64,000 nt of DNA from Gammaproteobacteria bacterium. Its GTDB lineage: Bacteria > Pseudomonadota > Gammaproteobacteria > Magnimaribacterales > AG-339-G14. The position numbers and the translations under genes are program-made. The stretch covers positions 515,493-579,492 of the forward strand of contig JAYQJB010000002.1 in the NCBI GenBank assembly GCA_038141925.1. The letters run 5' to 3'. Positions 55,302 to 64,000 of the stretch are shown here, one piece after another (position 1 is the stretch's first letter; every line of letters starts with the position of its first letter). The notes under the pieces were generated by a model. The model made no database searches, was not told the DNA's origin, and saw nothing but the letters and a program-made list of their open reading frames with translations.

Positions 55302-55708
55302 TGTCAGATACCATAGAGCTAAGAATTTACTATGAAGATACTGATGCACAAGGTGTAGTTTTTTACGCTAATTATCTTAAATATTTTGAAAGGGCTAGAA
55401 CTGAATTTCTAAGAAAGTGTGGTTACCTGCAAAATGTGCTTTTAGCCAAAAATATTATTTTCATTGTCAATAAATTAGACATTCATTACAAAAAACCTGT
55501 CTTGTTAGATCAATTAATAAAAATAGAATCTTCTCTTTCGGAATTAAAGAAAGCTAGTTTTAGTTTTAATCAGAGAGTTGTTATAAATTCAGAAATAATG
55601 TGTGAAGCTAATGTATTATGCGGCTGTGTTGATCTTAAAACCAAAAAACCTACTGCTCTTCCAGAGGAACTAAGAAAAAAGATGTTGGATAAAAAAAATG
55701 CAAGCTGA
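55301..55708 (+). CDS. ybgC: Tol-Pal-associated acyl-CoA thioesterase
   Basis: 4HBT hotdog fold, IYYEDTDAQGVVFYANYLKYFERAR. Lies upstream of tolQ. Confidence 0.8.
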   Translation: MSDTIELRIYYEDTDAQGVVFYANYLKYFERARTEFLRKCGYLQNVLLAKNIIFIVNKLDIHYKKPVLLDQLIKIESSLSELKKASFSFNQRVVINSEIMCEANVLCGCVDLKTKKPTALPEELRKKMLDKKNAS

Positions 55709-56369
55709 ATTAAGTTTTATAGATTTATTTTTAGGAGCAAGTTTAGTTGTTCAACTGGTGATGATTATTTTGTTTGTTTTAGCTGGAACTTCCTGGTGGT
55801 TTATTTTTGATAAATGGCTCACCTTAAGCAGAGCCAGAAAGGATATTTATGAATTTGAAAACGATTTCTGGAATTCTAAAAATATTGAAAAAATTTTTAA
55901 TGAACTAAATCGCAAAGAAGATAATTTTGGGCTATCTCAAATTTTTGTTATTTCTCATGAAGAATTTATGAAGGCAGAAAATTTTGAAAAAGCTGAAGAC
56001 CGTATCAATAAGTCAACGGAAATAATAATAAATAGGCAAGAAGAACGACTAGAAGAAGGTTTATCTTTCCTGTCCACTGTAGCCTCAGTAAGCCCATTTA
56101 TAGGCCTATTTGGAACTGTCTGGGGAGTTATGAATGCTTTTAGCGGTTTGGCACAACTTTCTCAAGTATCAATAAATGCCGTTGCTCCAGGAATATCTGA
56201 AGCTCTGGTAGCTACTGCCTTGGGTCTCTTTGCAGCTATTCCTGCTCTTATTTCTTATAATTGGAGTGTTAAGACAATTGACATAATTATTAAAAGTTAC
56301 GAAAACTTTACATCTGAACTTTTGATAACTTACCAAGAATTCAATGTCCAAAAGACGACTGAAAAATAG
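55698..56369 (+). CDS. tolQ: Tol-Pal system protein TolQ
   Basis: 223-aa MotA/TolQ/ExbB protein with ...ASVSPFIGLFGTVWGVMNAF... Confidence 0.9.
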   Translation: MQAELSFIDLFLGASLVVQLVMIILFVLAGTSWWFIFDKWLTLSRARKDIYEFENDFWNSKNIEKIFNELNRKEDNFGLSQIFVISHEEFMKAENFEKAEDRINKSTEIIINRQEERLEEGLSFLSTVASVSPFIGLFGTVWGVMNAFSGLAQLSQVSINAVAPGISEALVATALGLFAAIPALISYNWSVKTIDIIIKSYENFTSELLITYQEFNVQKTTEK

Positions 56370-56775
56370 AAAGCTTTTAACAGAAATTAACGTTATTCCA
56401 TATGTTGATATTTCATTAGTTTTACTGGTTATTTTTATGGTGGCAACTCCATTCATGATTCAAGGAATTGATCTAGATTTGCCAAAAACCGAAGCACAAG
56501 CTCTAAATAAATCCAAAGACGATAATCTAACTATTTCAATCAGCAAAGAGGGTTTTTACTCTCTTGATTTAGGTGAAAAAAATGAAATTTACAAAAGTTT
56601 TCAGTCATTTTCTGAACAGTTTGAAAAGATTTTAAAAAATAATCCAAAAGTTGAGATATTTCTTAGAGCAGATAAGGAAACGCTTTATGACAACGTTGCT
56701 AAAACTATGTCTTTGATCAAAAAATTTAAAACAGATTCTATCAATCTCATAACCGAACCCATCGAGAATGAATAA
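56344..56775 (+). CDS. tolR: Tol-Pal system protein TolR
   Basis: ...EINVIPYVDISLVLLVIFMV..., ExbD/TolR family. Confidence 0.85.
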   Translation: MSKRRLKNRKLLTEINVIPYVDISLVLLVIFMVATPFMIQGIDLDLPKTEAQALNKSKDDNLTISISKEGFYSLDLGEKNEIYKSFQSFSEQFEKILKNNPKVEIFLRADKETLYDNVAKTMSLIKKFKTDSINLITEPIENE

Positions 56776-57387
56776 GGCTTTAACAAGTTTAAATACTTTT
56801 TTTTTGATGCTTTTATTTTTATCTTTTATTTTTTCTATGTTTTCTGTTCCAAAACTCAATATTGATGAGACACAATCAATCAAAGTAAATTTTTACGAAT
56901 TAATTCAACAAGATGAAATTTTACCTGATTCTTCAGCACCCAATACCTCAATTAAAAAAGAAATAAAAAAAACTTCTGCAATTAATGAAAAAACAAACGC
57001 TGATGAAACTTCAATTATCTCAAAATTTACAATAAATAAATTAGATATAAAAAATGAAATAACTAAAATTAAACTTTCGAAGGAGAGAGAAGATATTTTA
57101 AGAGTTTCGGCTATTATTCAAAAAGAATTTCCTCAATTTGGATAAAACCAAATTCTTTAAGCGAATCTTTGACTGCAAAGGTTTTAATTAACCTTGCTCC
57201 TTCTGGTGAGATATTAAATTTTAACTTAATAGAACCAAGTTCAAATACTTCTTTCAATGAATCAATTTTGACTGCTATGAATAAAATGACTTTTTTTGAA
57301 GAAGTTTTATCTCTTGAGAGAAAAGTATTTGAACAAAATTTTAGAAATTTTAATTTAGTTTTTAAATCATCTGGTGAGATAGAGTGA
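56768..57387 (+). CDS. tolA: Short TolA (frameshift near 57120)
   Basis: N-terminal TM anchor, a Lys/Glu-rich linker, and a shifted C-terminal domain ...IWIKPNSLSESLTAKVLINLAPSGEILNFNLIEPSSNTSFNESILTAM. Confidence 0.6.
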
Positions 57388-58664
57388 TTAGGTTTTTATC
57401 TCTATTATTTATTTTAGTTTCAAATAGTATTTTTTCTATTTTAGAAATAGAGATCTTAAAGGGCAGTGATAATTTATCTAAGGTTGCATTTGTTCCTTTT
57501 GGCATTGAGAGTGGCATTGAAGAAAATTATGGTATTCAGATATCTAGAAATATCGAAAAGAACATGCTTTTGTTTGGTGAATTTGAGAATCTTGCTGTGA
57601 ATGAGATGCTCTCATATCCTTCTTCGGAAAATGATTTTTTTATAGGGATTGGAAAGTACTTGGTGTGGATTATTCTGTTATTGGAAAAGTAAATTCTGTT
57701 AACGTTTTAGGAAATCTTAATATTTCATATTCTTTATTTAACATAAATAGAAGAATTAAGATTTTAGAAGGTGAAATTGTTGGCAGTGAAGACAATATTG
57801 AGGGCATTTCTAAAATTATCAGTAATAGAATCTACGAGGAAATTACAGGGTTGAGAGGGATATTTGATACGAAACTAGCATATGTCATTAATTCTGATGC
57901 TGACACTTATCAAATGTGTATTTCAGATATCGATGGTAAAAATGAACAAATTCTTTTTACCTCCAAAGCACCAATAATGTCTCCTGATTGGTCGCCTGAT
58001 AGAAAAAAATTGCATATGTATCTTTTGAAAATGGTTTAGCTGAAATTTTCATACAGGATTTAAAATCTGGAGAGAGAGATTCCATCCAGGCTTTAGGCAT
58101 GACAAATAGTGCACCAGTTTGGTCTCCAGATGGAAAGAGCTTAGCGTTGTTGTCTCTTTTTCAGGAAATCCCGACATTTTCTTATACTCAATCAATAACA
58201 AAAGATTAACAAGACTTACAAATCATTATGGTATCGATACAGAACCATCGTGGTCTCCAGATTCAAAAAAAATAATTTTTACATCTGACAGGTCAGGTTC
58301 TCCTCAGCTTTATGAGATCAATACAAAATCTAAAAGAAAAAAAAGATTAACTAGAGATGGTAATTATAATGCGAGAGGAAGATATTTTCCCGATGGAAAA
58401 TCTATTTTTTTTGTCCATGGAAGTAATGGAAATTTTCAGATCGCAACAAAAAAACTTTCCAGTAGATATATTGAGACCTTAACCTCTACTTCATTAGATG
58501 AATCACCTACAATTTCTCCTAACGGGAACATCATTATTTATGCGACAAAAGATGGGTCAAATGGTTATTTAGGAGGGATTACTCTAGATGGAAAATCAAG
58601 ATTTTCATTACCTGTTAAAAATGGATCGGTAAGAGAACCAGCTTGGTCGCCATTAATAAATTAA
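57384..58664 (+). CDS. tolB: Tol-Pal system beta-propeller protein TolB (at least two frameshifts)
   Basis: GTG start and signal peptide. Repeated ...PDWSPDRKK..., PVWSPDGKSLA, PSWSPDSKKIIFTSDRSG, PAWSP blades spread across three frames. Confidence 0.85.
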
Positions 58665-58735
58665 ACAAACTAAATATAAAATTTCTTGTCTAAAAGAAAA
58701 GTATTATAATCACCATCTAAAAAGGAGCTTTATTT

Positions 58736-59216
58736 ATGAGGAGGCTATTTATGGAACCAATTGGAATATTTATTTTAGCTATGATTTGTCAGGTTTATTC
58801 TTGTGCAGCGAATGTTTCAGATTCAGTTGAACGTATGCAATATGCCTCTGTAGCTGGAGAAGAGTATCTTCAAGGAGAAAGGCTTGAAACTAATTTAGAC
58901 GATAAAGTTTACTTTGATTTTGATAAATCTATCTCTAGATGCTGAAGATAAGAGTTTATTAGAGCAGTATTTACCTGAAATCAAAAAAGCAAAAATAGTT
59001 CGACTAGAAGGCCATTGTGATGAAAGAGGAACTAGAGAATATAACTTAGCTCTTGGAGAAAGAAGAGCGCTTGAGGTAAGAGACTTTCTGGTAGTAAAAG
59101 GAGTATCCGGTAAAAAAATTAGAGTGGTAAGTTTCGGAGAAGAAAAACCCCTTAAGAGCGCATCAAATGAAAAAGCTTGGGCTGAAAATAGAAGGGTAGA
59201 AATCTCTCTTTACTAG
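58736..59216 (+). CDS. pal: Peptidoglycan-associated lipoprotein Pal (frameshift near 58925)
   Basis: Lipobox ...VYSC. OmpA-like domain VYFDFD...LEGHCDERGTREYNLALGERRA. Confidence 0.85.
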
Positions 59217-59217
59217 A

Positions 59218-59919
59218 TTGAAAATTCTAAAAAGTTTTCTCTTTTTTGTTTTTTTGGGTTTTTCTAATTTTGTAGTTTTGCAAAATAATGAATCTGTAGA
59301 ACTTCTTCTTGAAAAAATAAACCTTTTAAAAAAAGAGATAGAATCGCTCACAGCTTCAATAGAAACGAATAACTTAACCATTTCCAGGTTAGAAGAAGCA
59401 AACCAAATAAGATATGTTGACTTGGATAAAAGAATTCATCTTTTAGAAACAAAGTTATTATTTGAGGAAACTCAAGTTGAAGAATCAGTGGAACAATCTA
59501 TAAATCCATTATCAGGACTTGTTGAAGAAGATATTGACTCAGGAGAATTTGGTCTTTGGTCAAATTCTATGAAGTTGCTTGATAATTCAAGGTATTCAGA
59601 AGCAGCGGAAAACTTAAGGCTATTAATATTATCTTATCCTAATGGAACCTATACAGGTGATGCTTATTTTTGGCTAGGTGAAATATATTTAGTCCAAGAA
59701 ATGTTTGAAGATTCCTCCGAAATTTTGAATGCCTTTATAGCAAAATTTGATGATCATCCAAGAAAGGCAGATGGCCTATACAAACTTGCTCTTGCCAAAG
59801 TTAATTTAGAAGAATTAGACTCTGCTGAGACACTCTTACAAGAAGTTATAAGTAATTATCCAAACTCTGGAGCTGCTTTACTTGCAGAACAAGATTTAAT
59901 TAAATTAAATCCTCAATAA
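59218..59919 (+). CDS. cpoB: Cell division coordinator CpoB (YbgF)
   Basis: TTG start, signal peptide, coiled coil and C-terminal TPR repeats (...YPNGTYTGDAYFWLGEIY...). Last gene of tol-pal. Confidence 0.75.
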   Translation: MKILKSFLFFVFLGFSNFVVLQNNESVELLLEKINLLKKEIESLTASIETNNLTISRLEEANQIRYVDLDKRIHLLETKLLFEETQVEESVEQSINPLSGLVEEDIDSGEFGLWSNSMKLLDNSRYSEAAENLRLLILSYPNGTYTGDAYFWLGEIYLVQEMFEDSSEILNAFIAKFDDHPRKADGLYKLALAKVNLEELDSAETLLQEVISNYPNSGAALLAEQDLIKLNPQ

Positions 59920-59939
59920 AGGTATAATCTTTTCTTTTT

Positions 59940-60015
59940 GGGTCGTTAGCTCAGTTGGTAGAGCAGTTGGCTTTTAATCAATTGGTCATAGGTTCGAATC
60001 CTATACGACCCACCA
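59940..60015 (+). tRNA. tRNA-Lys (anticodon UUU)
   Basis: 76-nt cloverleaf. Acceptor GGGTCGT/ACGACCC, anticodon loop CTTTTAA, T-loop GGTTCGAATCC, encoded CCA. Confidence 0.95.
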
Positions 60016-60021
60016 AAAACA

Positions 60022-60378
60022 ATGATTTATTTTTTTATAGGTATTGGTGCATTCTTTGGAGCAATCTCAAGATACCTTCTAAGTAGCTACCTAGAAAAAT
60101 TTTTACTTCTTGGATTTCCCTTAGGCACAGTAATTGTAAACCTAATCGGTTGTTACCTAATTGGTGTTTTTTTAGCTTTTAATTTCTCTAATAAAGATTT
60201 GATTGGACCTATTGTAGCAATCGGTTATTTAAGCTCTTTCACTACTTTTTCTGCATTTACAAAAGAGGTTTTTTTATTTTCAAATTCAAATGGATGGATC
60301 CCTTCTATTTTCATTGCTTTAATAATTTCTTCTCTTTGTGTATTCTCTACTTTTATGGGACATAAGATGTTTTCTTAA
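60022..60378 (+). CDS. crcB: Fluoride channel CrcB/Fluc
   Basis: 118 aa, 4 TM segments, with GAFFGAISRY and the ...GYLSSFTTFSAF motif. Confidence 0.85.
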   Translation: MIYFFIGIGAFFGAISRYLLSSYLEKFLLLGFPLGTVIVNLIGCYLIGVFLAFNFSNKDLIGPIVAIGYLSSFTTFSAFTKEVFLFSNSNGWIPSIFIALIISSLCVFSTFMGHKMFS

Positions 60379-60380
60379 AA

Positions 60381-60725
60381 ATGACGAAGTCTATTTTTGA
60401 AAAAATTATTGATAAGGAGCTTCCTGCAAATATTATTTTTGAAGATGAGAAGTGCATAGTTATAGAGGATATTTCACCTAAGGCGCCAATCCATTTCTTA
60501 GTTATACCTAAAAAGCCAATCAAGATGCTCTCAGCCTCAAGTGAAGAGGATCAAGCTTTACTAGGCCACCTTATGTTGACTGTAAAAAAAGTTTCAGAAC
60601 AACTAAATATTAAAGATAACTTTAATGTGGTAATAAATAATGGGGAAAAGGCAGGACAGACAGTTTTTCATTTGCACTTGCACTTATTATCAGGGAAAAA
60701 CTTTTCAGACTTTCTTCCTGCTTAA
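60381..60725 (+). CDS. HIT-family nucleotide hydrolase (HinT-like)
   Basis: Histidine triad HLHLHLL. 114 aa. Confidence 0.85.
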   Translation: MTKSIFEKIIDKELPANIIFEDEKCIVIEDISPKAPIHFLVIPKKPIKMLSASSEEDQALLGHLMLTVKKVSEQLNIKDNFNVVINNGEKAGQTVFHLHLHLLSGKNFSDFLPA

Positions 60726-62164
60726 GAAAGTTCATTTATCGCTCTTTTTGTAGCAAAAATTTCTTCCAATCTCTTTATGATACTTTCTCTTACTTCAAAA
60801 AGATTTTGGGATAAAGATAAAGCTTCTTTTAATTGAAATACAGCTGCATCATGCCGCCCAGTTAGAATGAAAAATTCAGCTCTTGATCTGTGAAGTTCAA
60901 GTATATTACCTGATAGCCCTTGAGCCTCAGCAAGTTTGTACCAAACATTTGGGTCTGTTTGTCTATCTTTAGATAAATCTTTAAGAAGGTTTTCAGCTAG
61001 TTCCGATTGCTCGTTTTTAATATAAGCATCGGCCAAAAGAATTGAAGCTGAATAATTATTTTCGTGAATTTCTAAAATATTTTTTCCCAGAGATATTGCT
61101 TCATAAAAATTTCCAGCTGCTAAATGCAATTCCATTAAACTTGACTCCAAAACTAAGTTATTAGGAATTTCCTTAATAAGTTTTCTTAAAAGTGAAAAGC
61201 TATTATCGAAATCTTTTGAATTTTTGTATGCCAATGACAATCCATAACTTCCAGAAGACGAAATATTTCTATCATCAGATTTTTGGTCTTTCTTATATTT
61301 TCTTATTATTTTTTTTAAATCTTTATTTGTCCATATCTCTGCTCTTTTTTGCATAAAATAAAAATCAATATTATCTCTAAAAGAATTCTGAGAAGTTTTC
61401 TCTAGACCATCGGCCCTTATTCTCATATCACTAAGCCTTTCACTAGGCAAAGGATGAGTCATCAAATAAGAAAATTGTTCAGAATCTTCGTTTTGATATT
61501 TACTTTGCATTCTTTGGAACATCATTGTCATATCATCAGGATTGAAGCCTGCTTTTACTAAATTATTAAAACCAATTCTATCGGCTTCTTTCTCATTACT
61601 TCTTGTAAAGTTTATAGACATTTGTTGCATTGCAGCGGGAGCAATCAAAATTGCTTCAGGATTTCTTGAAGCAGCAGCTACTGCAATACTTCCTAAAACC
61701 ATTAAAGCATTTGTAAGAGGAGAGACTTTATTTTGACTTCTTGCATAATGTCTTTGACTCAAATGAGCTAACTCATGACACATCACTGATGCTAGCTCTC
61801 CCTCTTTCTCAGTATTTAAGAACATACCCAAATTTATTCCAATTATTCCTCCGGGGGCGGCAAATGCATTTATAGTTTTATCTTCTAAAATTAAAAATTC
61901 AAACCTTCTATCTTGAACTTCGCTAGTTTCAGAAAGACGATATATTAAATCCTCAAGGTAAGTTCTCATCAGAGGATCTGAATGTTCTTTAGTTGAACCT
62001 CTATACATCGATAGCCAAATCCTTCCCAAACTATATTCACCTGATAAAGAGATAGATGCTGAAGAATAATCTCCTAAAGTTGGCAAAGAATCTTCATCTA
62101 CTAATGTCTGAAAATATGAAGAAAAAAATATCATTAAAAGCAATAAATATAATTTATTTATCAT
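60722..62164 (-). CDS. bepA: Periplasmic M48 metalloprotease with TPR domain (BepA/YfgC-like)
   Basis: Signal peptide, ...INAFAAPGG..., zinc motif HELAHLSQRH, C-terminal TPR repeats. Confidence 0.75.
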   Translation of the reverse strand: MINKLYLLLLMIFFSSYFQTLVDEDSLPTLGDYSSASISLSGEYSLGRIWLSMYRGSTKEHSDPLMRTYLEDLIYRLSETSEVQDRRFEFLILEDKTINAFAAPGGIIGINLGMFLNTEKEGELASVMCHELAHLSQRHYARSQNKVSPLTNALMVLGSIAVAAASRNPEAILIAPAAMQQMSINFTRSNEKEADRIGFNNLVKAGFNPDDMTMMFQRMQSKYQNEDSEQFSYLMTHPLPSERLSDMRIRADGLEKTSQNSFRDNIDFYFMQKRAEIWTNKDLKKIIRKYKKDQKSDDRNISSSGSYGLSLAYKNSKDFDNSFSLLRKLIKEIPNNLVLESSLMELHLAAGNFYEAISLGKNILEIHENNYSASILLADAYIKNEQSELAENLLKDLSKDRQTDPNVWYKLAEAQGLSGNILELHRSRAEFFILTGRHDAAVFQLKEALSLSQNLFEVRESIIKRLEEIFATKRAINELS

Positions 62165-62200
62165 TTAGAAAGTATAATTGAATTCTAGAATTTGAAATAG

Positions 62201-63253
62201 ATGATAAATTTTTTAAAAAAATTTTTTCGATAGATATTTTTTGATGATGAGCAATTTGCGGCTTTATTCATCATCTCTATTGGAATCATTATTCTTTATT
62301 TTTTAGGAGGCATCATTGCTCCTGTTTTAGTAAGTATATTAATTGCATACATTCTTAATGGATTTATGAGTTTTTTAGAAGAAAAAGGAAATAGCAGGTT
62401 TTTAGCTTTGTCAGTTACTCTTTTTATTTTTAGTTTAATTTACTTATCAATTTTTTTAGTTTTACCTTTTCTATCAAGGCAGATTCTTCTTCTGGTTTCT
62501 GATATTCCTCAAATTTATGAATCTGTAAATGTATTCTTATCTGCACAATTAGCAAATTATACAGTTTCATCAAATCAATTAGATGAAGTTCTAGTTAATG
62601 CTTTTTCGTATATTCCTACATTATTTCAAAATGCTTTGCTTCAGCTTAATTCCGGATTTTCAGCAGTAATGAACGCTTTATTGTATTTGATAATTGTTCC
62701 TTTTTTAGTTTTTTTTCTGCTCAAAGATAGAGATACATTTTTGAATTATGTAAAAGTCTTATTACCTGAAAAAAAGGATCTTCTTTCTAAAATTTGGAAA
62801 GATGTAAATATTCAATTATATGGATATTTAAGAGGAAAGGGACTTGAGATGCTTCTAGTCACATTAGTTACCGGATTGGTTTTTTACATGCAGGACGTAA
62901 ACTATTCTGTAATTTTAGCTATTCTAGTTGGTCTCTCAGTTTTAATTCCTTATGTAGGCGCAATATTAGTAACAATTCCTGTTATCTTAATAGGTCTTTT
63001 TCAATGGGGATTAGATTCAGATTTTTATATTTTTATTGCAAGTTATTTAATCATTCAAGCTTTAGATGGAAACGTTTTGATGCCCTTGCTTCTGGGCAGG
63101 GAGGTTAAACTTCACCCTGTAATAATAATTACGGCTGTTCTAATTTTTGGAGGAATTTGGGGATTTTGGGGTTTACTTCTAGCAATCCCTATTGCAACCT
63201 TTTTAAGGGCAATATTAGTCTCATGGCCAACTAAGGAGAAGTTATTATCTTAA
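62201..63253 (+). CDS. AI-2E (PerM/YhhT) family transporter, interrupted by an in-frame TAG at 62231-62233
   Basis: The 295-aa ORF is family-like. The 44 codons upstream in the same frame encode the expected first TM helix (…FIISIGIIILYFLGGIIAPVLVSILIAYILNG), preceded by MINFLKKFFR and then the stop. Confidence 0.7.
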
Positions 63254-63703
63254 TTATAAAAAAGAAAGGACTTCTTCAACATGTCCTTTAACTTTAACTT
63301 TTCTCCACTCTTTAACTAACTTTCCTTCTTCATTTATCAAAAAAGTACTTCTTTCAATACCCATATATTTTTTTCCATACATACTTTTTTCTTTTATAAC
63401 GTCAAAAATTTTACAAATCTTTTCATCTGCATCAGAAATTAGTTCAAATGGAAAATTGAATTTATCCTTGAATCCCTCGTGAGATTTAATTGTATCTTTT
63501 GATACTCCAAAAATTTGAGTATTCTTTTTTTTAAATTTTTTATAATTATCTCTAAAATCTTCTCCTTCTGAAGTACATCCAGGAGTATTATCTCTAGGAT
63601 AGAAATATATGACTATGTTTTGACCCTTATAGTCTGACAAATTGAAATCTTTATTGCCGGTCATCTCACACTTGAAATTTTTTAATTTAGCACCTTCTTT
63701 CAT
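63254..63703 (-). CDS. bcp: Thiol peroxidase Bcp (peroxiredoxin Q)
   Basis: ...FYPRDNTPGCTSE... motif. 149 aa, divergent from dapA. Confidence 0.9.
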   Translation of the reverse strand: MKEGAKLKNFKCEMTGNKDFNLSDYKGQNIVIYFYPRDNTPGCTSEGEDFRDNYKKFKKKNTQIFGVSKDTIKSHEGFKDKFNFPFELISDADEKICKIFDVIKEKSMYGKKYMGIERSTFLINEEGKLVKEWRKVKVKGHVEEVLSFL

Positions 63704-63771
63704 ATTTTTTTAATCAACATTGTTAAGTTATGAAATAATAACATTTATAAAAAATTTTTTTCATAAGTTAA

Positions 63772-64000
63772 ATGTCAATTAAGGGCTCCATCACAGCTTT
63801 AGTAACTCCAATGCATGAAAATGGAGACTTTGACTATGACTCTCTAGAAAAACTTATTAATTTTCAAATTGATTCAGGAATTTCTGGTCTGGTAGCAGTT
63901 GGAACTACCGGAGAGTCTGCAACGATTGATTTTTCAGATCACATCAAGTTGATAAAATTTTTTGTTGAAAGCGCTGATGGAAGAATTGATATCATAGCCG
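63772..64000 (+). CDS. dapA: 4-hydroxy-tetrahydrodipicolinate synthase, 5' part (runs off the window)
   Basis: MSIKGSITALVTPMHENG...GLVAVGTTGESAT. Confidence 0.85.
   Translation, partial: MSIKGSITALVTPMHENGDFDYDSLEKLINFQIDSGISGLVAVGTTGESATIDFSDHIKLIKFFVESADGRIDIIA

Noticed and set aside
62231-62233. In-frame TAG inside the AI-2E transporter gene as possible stop-codon recoding
   Set aside because: It is a single instance flanked by T6 and A-runs. Two compensating homopolymer errors (reading ...KKFFSIDIFDDEQ...) explain it, and TAG is used as a normal stop elsewhere, for example in hisD, pcm and aspS.

Overview
AT-rich, extremely gene-dense core-chromosome segment. It looks like a genome-streamlined gammaproteobacterium, because gene order follows the Pseudomonas-type backbone: gatCAB / mreBCD / lptCB-kdsD / mlaC-murA-hisGD / rplM-rpsI-petABC-sspA / lpoA-rsmI-rnpB-mraZ-dcw / rpsF-rpsR-rplI-dnaB-alr / pyrG-kdsA-eno-ftsB-ispDF-surE-pcm / recA / aspS-yebC-tol-pal / tRNA-Lys. 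I support about 76 CDS, RNase P RNA, one tRNA-Lys, a LexA box and a putative MraZ operator. I see no mobile elements, CRISPR, prophage or defence island, so this is housekeeping DNA rather than an accessory region, and I found no convincing multi-gene novel system. Seven oddities deserve a second look. (1) A perfect 153-bp tandem repeat encodes a hyper-acidic E/V module between rpsF and rpsR, and may be a giant tail on S6. (2) In the dcw cluster, ftsQ-ftsA-ftsZ sits between ftsL and ftsI. (3) FtsQ is tiny and lacks POTRA. (4) An Hjc-like PD-(D/E)XK nuclease occupies the ruvC slot, with no ruvAB. (5) A diiron protein is translationally coupled to alr. (6) ProRS lacks its INS editing domain. (7) Roughly 35-40 single-base frameshifts disrupt essential genes, mostly at A/T homopolymers. 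I read these as sequencing or assembly error rather than decay. All calls rest on reading the ORF translations and sequence by eye; no searches were run.
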